A stretch of DNA of 41,522 nt, taken from contig NC_068983.1 of assembly GCF_001194135.2 (NCBI RefSeq), positions 138,310,491 to 138,352,012 on the forward strand. Direction: 5' to 3'. The translations under genes were made by a program, and so were the position numbers. The DNA is from Octopus bimaculoides. Taxonomy: Eukaryota. Positions 34,145 to 41,522 of the stretch are shown one piece after another. Under the pieces are notes generated by a model. It was given only the letters and a program-made list of their open reading frames with translations, ran no database searches and was not told the origin of the DNA. The number at the start of each line of letters is the position of its first letter. Within the stretch, counting starts at the first letter, position 1.

Positions 34145-34743
34145 GGGGCACCAGTATTTTCTTAACGAAGCACTTTGAAACTTGCTGACACTGGTAGAAT
34201 ATAAAACATCTTTTTCTCTTAGTCTTCTTAACAAAAAAACGTACATCGCAAGTTATTTCATGTTAAAGTTGTATTTCTGTAATTTCAACCAATCACTGAC
34301 GTCTATTCAGCTGAATAGAGTTACTGCTGGCCGGTCATAAAATTGTTATTCCCTGTGACATATTTCATCCGGTTTAATCGTAATTTATACGCACATATTG
34401 TTTATATAATAAATTACGCTGTGCGTATCTATGTGTGTAACAATTTTAGAGTTCGGATTCTAGAGTTAGGGTTAGTTTTAGGGTTAGGGTTAGGGTTAGG
34501 GTTGAAATGTCAGAACTAACGGGGATTAATACGATATACACCGTTACAGCGCTAACTGTTTTCAACTGAATAGACGTTAGTGATTAGTAGAAATTATCGA
34601 AATAAGACAATTTTTTACATGAAATAAATTCGAATACAAAAATTTTTTTCTGTTCTATAACACAAAATAGATAAGTATACGAAGTTTGAAAGTCTTTCGG
34701 TACCAAAAACACTACATAAAACATAAATGAAAACTGGTGCCCC
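34145..34743. mobile_element. Non-autonomous TIR element containing TTAGGG repeats
   Basis: Outer IR ggggcaccagt / actggtgcccc; inner IR atttcaaccaatcactgacgtctattcagctgaa versus 34561-34594; TTAGGG x4 at 34478-34501. Confidence 0.75.
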
Positions 34744-34916
34744 ATACACATATGTATGTATGTATGCATATATATGTATGTATATAAATCTATAAACATG
34801 CATACATATATTTGTATATAAATGTATGTATACATATTTATGTATAAATACACACACACACATATACAGGTATAGATGTATATGTGTGCATCTCATCTTC
34901 TAGCTCTGCATATATT

Positions 34917-34948
<32 letters not shown>

Positions 34949-36328
34949 CATGTATTTATCTGTCTCTTTCTCTCTCTCTCTCTTTCTCCCTGTGTGTGTG
35001 GGCGTGTGTTTGCATGTGTATGAGTGAGTGTGCGTGAAAGCTTCAATAGAATTGCCTGCCGGCGTAGCTGCAGTGATGCGATAAAAATTCTAACGTACAA
35101 AAGAAATATTCGAAAAATGAATATAACAAGTTTTGTGCTTTCTTAAATGGCTAAAATCGTTCTTTCAAGAACGTTGAAATTTTTCACGATACCGATTTTT
35201 AGCGCTTTTTAAATAGGTTAAGGCGTATAACAACATAGTAGCAATATTCGTATACATGTAGTACAAATTTAAATAGTGTACGGAGAACCATTGGACATGT
35301 GTAGCACTTTCATTTATTTATTTATCGTACCTAACATTACGTGAGGCGTTATTATGTGCAAAGAATCAGATGTACCAAACATAACAAAGGAAGATGTCAA
35401 TTACTAAAAAATGCTTTAAATGTTTTAATGTTAACGAACAAACAAATTTTAGTTTCAAGGTATGAGAAGTATATTTTTTGCGTTATACACACACTGTTCA
35501 AGCCTATTGGCAGTTGGGGATTAATCCGTGCAAAGCATTGGAAATCCGTGCAAGAATTTATCTAAAAACCAATAACAGATTCTTTGTAAAATCACTTATT
35601 GTAGACTTACATTTACTACAAAAGATGTTCGTGTGTGTGGATGCGCACACGTGTGCGTGTATGCGTTTGTGTGTCTGTGTTTGTGTGTGTGTGCGTCTGT
35701 GTGTGTACACGCATGTTTGTATCGTTTTGGAAAACTGTTGTGGTATTCTACACTTCACAAACAGATCAATGTACTGTGCTGAATTTGCTAATATATTTGG
35801 ATATCAGGTGAATTGGTTTGGATATTCTAAACCATATCACCTGATATTGTGGCGTTTTGTCTCTTAGTTTTCTTACAGATAAATACTATTTACAGATCGA
35901 GAAACGTGTTCATTGTATCTTAGGTGAGTGCATGATTCAAAATTCTATGCCTGTTAATGGTTGATGTCAATTCCACAGCACATGAATTCTATTCCTGCAA
36001 TGGAGCTGTTATCAATTAGGTGGAGTGAACGGGAAAAACGACTGAGACTGAAGCAAAGAAATAAAATCAAGGAATATTTAGAAAAAAAATTTGCTTAGTC
36101 GTTTTATCGGGAAAGCACGCCTAAATCATGCGCTTTCATGGACTTAAGAAAATAGTATAAGCTGCATACACAATAGGCAATCTTATATTTTGAAAACCAG
36201 TGTGTCAATAGATGATTTAACGATAACGAATACGTGACTACAGATATGCATGACAACTCTTCTTTCTCAAAAACTAGTATTCAGGAAGAATAACAAACAT
36301 GCTCAGTTATATTACACACAATCACACA

Positions 36329-36329
<1 letters not shown>

Positions 36330-36407
<78 letters not shown>

Positions 36408-36466
36408 GTCTCTGTCTCTGTCTCTGTCTGTCTGTCTCTCNNNNNNNNNNTGTCTCTGTCTCTGTC

Positions 36467-36519
<53 letters not shown>

Positions 36520-36545
36520 ATATATATATATATATATATATACAT
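36330..36545. repeat. Compound (TCTA)n(TCTG)n(TCTGTC)n(TC)n(TA)n microsatellite
   Basis: Directly visible. Confidence 0.95.
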
Positions 36546-37670
36546 GCGCACACACATGCATCAAAACACATACAAACCTAGATATACGCACATACACAAA
36601 CAGGTAATAGTTATTTTCGGATGAACAAGAAGCAGGATCAGTCAAAAGCAATTTATGAAGACTAGCAGTATGCTTGATAAAATATTAAAAATTGAATACT
36701 CTCTTCGGTTGCTGCAGCACCTCCTCTCTCTCTCACTACACATATATGTACACACACACGCACACACACATACACACACACACATTTATAGATTATGTAT
36801 TCATGCATGCATATTTGTATATATACAAGCCTACATATATGTATGTACGTACACATGCGTTTGCTTCGCTCCTAATATTCTTGGCGTCAAGCATTAAAAT
36901 AACCTTGTCAAGCAGCGCTATATATAGACATGTTAGAGATACCTTGCAGATAGAAAACAATAAAAGTTAATGCACGAACATTGGATGGGATTTCTATGTG
37001 AAGTTAAAAGGTTATATATTTTGGGAGTGACAATTGAATAGTTCTATGTAAATAAAAAAATATAAATATAAATTTAAAATTATAGAGTAATATACTACAA
37101 TAAAATTATTATAGTGTATTCGTATTTATTGTAGTATATTCATGTGTAGAATATTCATGTTTGTAGTATAGACATACTTAAATATATTGTTAAATATGAA
37201 CATCCAGTGGTAAAATAAATTTTATCATAGTATATTTCTCTCTTTATTCATAATTTTATACACTCCTTCTGTTTGTCTTTTGTGATGTAACGTAAATTCT
37301 ATGTGATTTGTAGAGTGATACATTAAGGAACTTTTTTTAATAAGTACCACCACTTTAGTTGAATCCATATTTTGTGTGTGTGTAGGCTTCAGTTCTTCAG
37401 ATAAGTGAAAAATTTCTTTCTGGAAGGGAAAAAGTGGATTTTGCATTTAAAATACCAGTAATATTATTAAAAGATACACTGCGAAGAATAATACATTTGG
37501 AATAGTAAATATATTACTACAGAGAACGTGCCAACGTTCAAAAGACAAAAAAACAAAAAACAAAAACAATGCACTTGAGGTAAAACAATATCTGTATAAT
37601 TGACATACATACGTTTGCATGTATGTATGTATGTATGTATGTATGTATGTATGTATGTATGTATGTATGT

Positions 37671-37936
37671 CATTGTTCAGTTTTAATTCAAGATTTCTTG
37701 CCAAAAGAGAAAGAGCCGGTTTCTGACCTAGATTCAAGGCTCCTTCATTGGAATTTCAACATCAACTACAGGGTATTTTTGTATGTATATATATATCTAT
37801 ATATATGTACAGATTTTGTATGTTTTGCTTTATGTATGAATTCTGATGCATATAGTTACATATCTAGACATACTCATATATATTTATATGATAAGCTCCT
37901 GGAAAGTTTTACAAATTTTTACAGTTCCAGTGATAC
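37671..37936 (-). mobile_element. 5'-truncated R4-type element 3' end (ORF C-terminus, 3'UTR, CATA tail at 37620-37670)
   Basis: Minus strand reads ITGTVKICKTFQELII* followed by a UTR ending aaaactgaacaatg(acat)n; colinear with 38554-38818. Confidence 0.75.
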
Positions 37937-37984
37937 ACATATGTATGTATGTTTGTATGTATGTATGTATATATGTATGTATGT

Positions 37985-38062
37985 CATTATTCAGTTTATT
38001 TCAAGATTTCTTTCCAATAAAAAAAGAACCGGTTTCTAACCTAGATCCAATGCTCCTTCATT
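37985..38062 (-). mobile_element. Last ~80 bp of the same 3'UTR
   Basis: cattattcagtttatttcaagatttc..ctaacctagatcca..ctccttcatt, between (TATG)n tracts. Confidence 0.8.
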
Positions 38063-38155
38063 GTATGTATGTATGTGTGTGTATATATGTATATGCATGT
38101 ATGTATCTGTGCATGAATGTATGCATTTATGCATATGTGTGTAGGTATATATGTT

Positions 38156-38304
38156 TTACTCTTTTCCTTGTTTCAGTCATTTGACTGCGACCATACTGGA
38201 GCACCACTTTTAGTGGAACAAATTGACCCCAAGTACTTATTCTATCGGCCTCTTTTGGTGAGCCGCTAAGTTACGGGGACGTAAAAACACCGACAAACAT
38301 ATAC

Positions 38305-38374
<70 letters not shown>

Positions 38375-38526
38375 GACGGGTTTTTCTCAGTTTCCGTCTA
38401 CCGAATCCACTCACAAGGCTTTGGTTGGCTCGAGGGTACAGAAGAAGACACATGGCCAAGGTACCACGCAGTGGGAGTGAACCCGGAGCCATGTGGTTGG
38501 GAAGCCAGCTTCTTACCACACAGCCA
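38156..38526 (-). mobile_element. SINE family C, near full length with internal (TA)n
   Basis: Head and tail colinear with 31466-31872 and 29255-29850. Confidence 0.9.
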
Positions 38527-38553
38527 TTCATGTTTTTATATGCATATGTATGT

Positions 38554-38817
38554 CATTATTCAGTTTATTTAAAGATTTCTTGCCAATAGAGAAAGAACCA
38601 GCTTCTAACCTAGATCCAAGGTTCCTTTATTGGAATTTCAACATCAACAACAGGCTATTTTGTTTGTATGTATGTATGTATGCATGCATTTTCAGATTTG
38701 TATGTTTATGTATGTATTCTCATGCATATAGTTACATATCTCGACATGCTCTTATATATTTAAATGATATATTTCTGGAAAGTTTTATAGATTTTTACAG
38801 TTCCAATGATAGATTGG

Positions 38818-38818
<1 letters not shown>
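38554..38818 (-). mobile_element. 5'-truncated R4-type element 3' end, third copy
   Basis: Minus strand reads QSIIGTVKIYKTFQKYII* (stop at 38762-38760), followed by the 3'UTR. Confidence 0.75.
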
Positions 38819-38848
<30 letters not shown>

Positions 38849-39483
38849 TGTATGTATGTNNNNNNNNNNNNNNNNNNNNNNNNNNNNNNNNNNNNNNNNN
38901 NNNNNNNNNNNNNNNNNNNNNNNNNNNNNNNNNNNNNNNNNNNNNNNNNNNNNNNNNNNNNNNNNNNNNNNNNNNNNNNNNNNNNNNNNNNNNNNNNNNN
39001 NNNNNNNNNNNNNNNNNNNNNNNNNNNNNNNNNNNNNNNNNNNNNNNNNNNNNNNNNNNNNNNNNNNNNNNNNNNNNNNNNNNNNNNNNNNNNNNNNNNN
39101 NNNNNNNNNNNNNNNNNNNNNNNNNNNNNNNNNNNNNNNNNNNNNNNNNNNNNNNNNNNNNNNNNNNNNNNNNNNNNNNNNNNNNNNNNNNNNNNNNNNN
39201 NNNNNNNNNNNNNNNNNNNNNNNNNNNNNNNNNNNNNNNNNNNNNNNNNNNNNNNNNNNNNNNNNNNNNNNNNNNNNNNNNNNNNNNNNNNNNNNNNNNN
39301 NNNNNNNNNNNNNNNNNNNNNNNNNNNNNNNNNNNNNNNNNNNNNNNNNNNNNNNNNNNNNNNNNNNNNNNNNNNNNNNNNNNNNNNNNNNNNNNNNNNN
39401 NNNNNNNNNNNNNNNNNNNNNNNNNNNNNNNNNNNNNNNNNNNNNNNNNNNNNNNNNNNNNNNNNNNNNNNNNNNNNNNNNNN

Positions 39484-41522
39484 CACGGGTATGAATCTGA
39501 ACTTGTAGTCTAGGTGGAGTATCTGTAAATTTCTCAGTAGCTCGGCGTAGTTGTTCTCTTTTTCTCTAATCTTTAGTGGGATGTTGACATCCGCAGGACA
39601 GCTGATTTCTACTACTGTACAAAGTTTCTCTTCTCTGTCCCAGATTACTATATCCAGTCTATTATGTCTGCACTTTATTGAGGTTTTTATTGGGACATTC
39701 CGCCAATACTCTTTCATATTGTGAGTGGTAATGACCTCTACTTCATTATCGGTTTTCATCTCCTTAGCCCCGGGGTTATCCTGTCGGTGGATTTCATTGT
39801 ACAGTGTCTTGGCCACAACATCATGTCTCATAGGTAGGTAATACCGTGATGACATTTTTGGACAGCTGCTAATGATGTGGGTGATATCTTCGATACTGAT
39901 TCCACAGAGTCTGCATCGATTATTACATTGTGGCNNNNNNNNNNNNNNNNNNNNNNNNNNNNNNNNNNNNNNNNNNNNNNNNNNNNNNNNNNNNNNNNNN
40001 NNNNNNNNNNNNNNNNNNNNNNNNNNNNNNNNNNNNNNNNNNNNNNNNNNNNNNNNNNNNNNNNNNNNNNNNNNNNNNNNNNNNNNNNNNNNNNNNNNNN
40101 NNNNNNNNNNNNNNNNNNNNNNNNNNNNNNNNNNNNNNNNNNNNNNNNNNNNNNNNNNNNNNNNNNNNNNNNNNNNNNNNNNNNNNNNNNNNNNNNNNNN
40201 NNNNNNNNNNNNNNNNNNNNNNNNGTGAAAGTTGTTCGTGCTCGTTAGTATTTTTCGGGTCTTCACATCAAGGGCTCGGATTTCATCGATCGTCCAGTCA
40301 TGTATCCCGAATGTCGGTATGAGTACTGGTACTGCAAACACATTGTGGGCTATTGCTTTATTGAACGCAGAGAGTTCCGAGGTCCATATTTTCCTAACCC
40401 GATTTCTGTATTCCTTAGTAACACGTTCCTTGCTACAGGTACCTTCATATGATACGTTTTCATCTACTCCCAGGTATCTGTAGGATTCCTCATCAGATAT
40501 TGGAGAAACCGATAGGCCATTGATGGAGATGTTGTTAGGGTGGTTTTTAACCTTTCCTCGTTCCACAACCATATAGGAACATTTATCTTGGCCAAACTCT
40601 AGACCTACATCACCAGAAAATGTTGTGACCAGGTCGAGGCTTTTTTTCATATCATCCATGTTCTTGGCATACAATTTCAAATCATCGACAAAGAAGCAGT
40701 GCGTAATTTTGGTGTTTCTGTTTGCCTGCGTTCCAATTAGATACCCTTCAGACTTCTTCAGCATGTATGATAATGGGTTTACCGACAGTATGAACAGCAT
40801 CACAGAGAAGCTGTCTCCTTGGAATATCCCCCTGCGATATTGTATTTTTTTGGTGGTGATACATCCACTTACTGTATTTAACTTCACGATGGTGGCCCAG
40901 GAAGATGTCAGGTTAGATATGGCATTAATCAAGTTCTCTGGGACTTTAGCAAGTCGGAGGGCTTCTAGCATCCACGAATGGGGGACAGAGTCGAAGGCTT
41001 TTTTTATAGTCAAGCCACATGGAGACCAGATTTCTTCTGTGGTGCCGTACCTCCGTCATTACTACCTTATTTATAAGTAGTTGTTCAGTACATCCCCAGA
41101 CTCCTTTCTTCCCAGCTGTTTGTCCAGCTGTGATTATACTATTGTTTTCACAGTGGTCCTGAAGGACTCTGTTTAGGCATGCTGTATAAATCTTATACAT
41201 TAAATTTTGGCATGCAATAGGCCTGTAATTTTTTGCCAATTGGGTTTCCTTGCTTTTCGGAACAAGCTTTGTTTCCGCCAGAGCCAACCAGTCTGGTATG
41301 CTGCCATCTCCATTGAGGGCTTGCTGGTACAGTTTAATAAGGTACGGTCGGTAACAGGTAAGCTTCTTGTACCAGTATCCAACGATCAGGTCCCTAGCCG
41401 GTGCTTTACCATCATGGAGTTTTTGGAGGACAGTTGCAAGAACATCACCGTCAATCTTGTATGTCTTGGGTATAATCCCCGGACAATAATCATTTTTTAT
41501 TTTCTGCAGCCATAGAGCATCT
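39484..41522 (-). mobile_element. Non-LTR retrotransposon, R4/Dong-like (RT, CCHC knuckle, restriction-like endonuclease); runs off the window end
   Basis: KAPARDLIVGYWYKKL..NYRPIACQNLMYK..WLDYKK/AFDSVPHSW..RGIFQGDSFS..FFVDDLKLY..YRYLG, then CRLCGISIEDITHIISSC (C-x2-C-x8-H-x4-C), RHDVV, and RLDIVIWDREEKLCTVVEISCP..EKENNYAEL (PD..D/ExK-type). One +1 frameshift at 40999-41005; internal gap about 39935-40224. Confidence 0.92.

Noticed and set aside
34466-34503. True telomere or fusion site
   Set aside because: Only four perfect units, in one orientation, and inside a TIR element.
1-41522. Long ORF-track entries made of HT/CV/YI/SL/ER repeats or X runs
   Set aside because: They are translations of microsatellites and N-gaps, not genes.

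Overview
This is a repeat-dominated, gap-rich eukaryotic window with about 12 large N-gaps, mostly bordered by microsatellite or low-complexity sequence. I found no host protein-coding gene that I can support, and most ORF-track entries are artefacts of microsatellites or N-runs. The tRNA-derived SINE families look like those of octopus genomes (inference). The window holds transposon relics: a DD34D mariner, a DD37D-type Tc1/mariner, an RTE fragment, an L1/Tx1 fragment, a Penelope-like GIY-YIG endonuclease fragment, and a well-preserved R4/Dong-type RT plus restriction-like endonuclease element with extra 3' ends stacked in (CATA)n. It also holds several SINEs and foldback/TIR elements. The main result is five hammerhead-ribozyme-like motifs in three sequence families, all folded by hand. 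One is canonical and lies just downstream of the Penelope endonuclease (28326-28387). One has an extra core nucleotide and sits inside a 397-nt partial tandem repeat resembling a retrozyme or pseudo-LTR (15685-15733). The other three are dispersed copies of a minimal motif with a loopless palindromic stem III (ACGU); in both copies where position 6 is visible it is not A.
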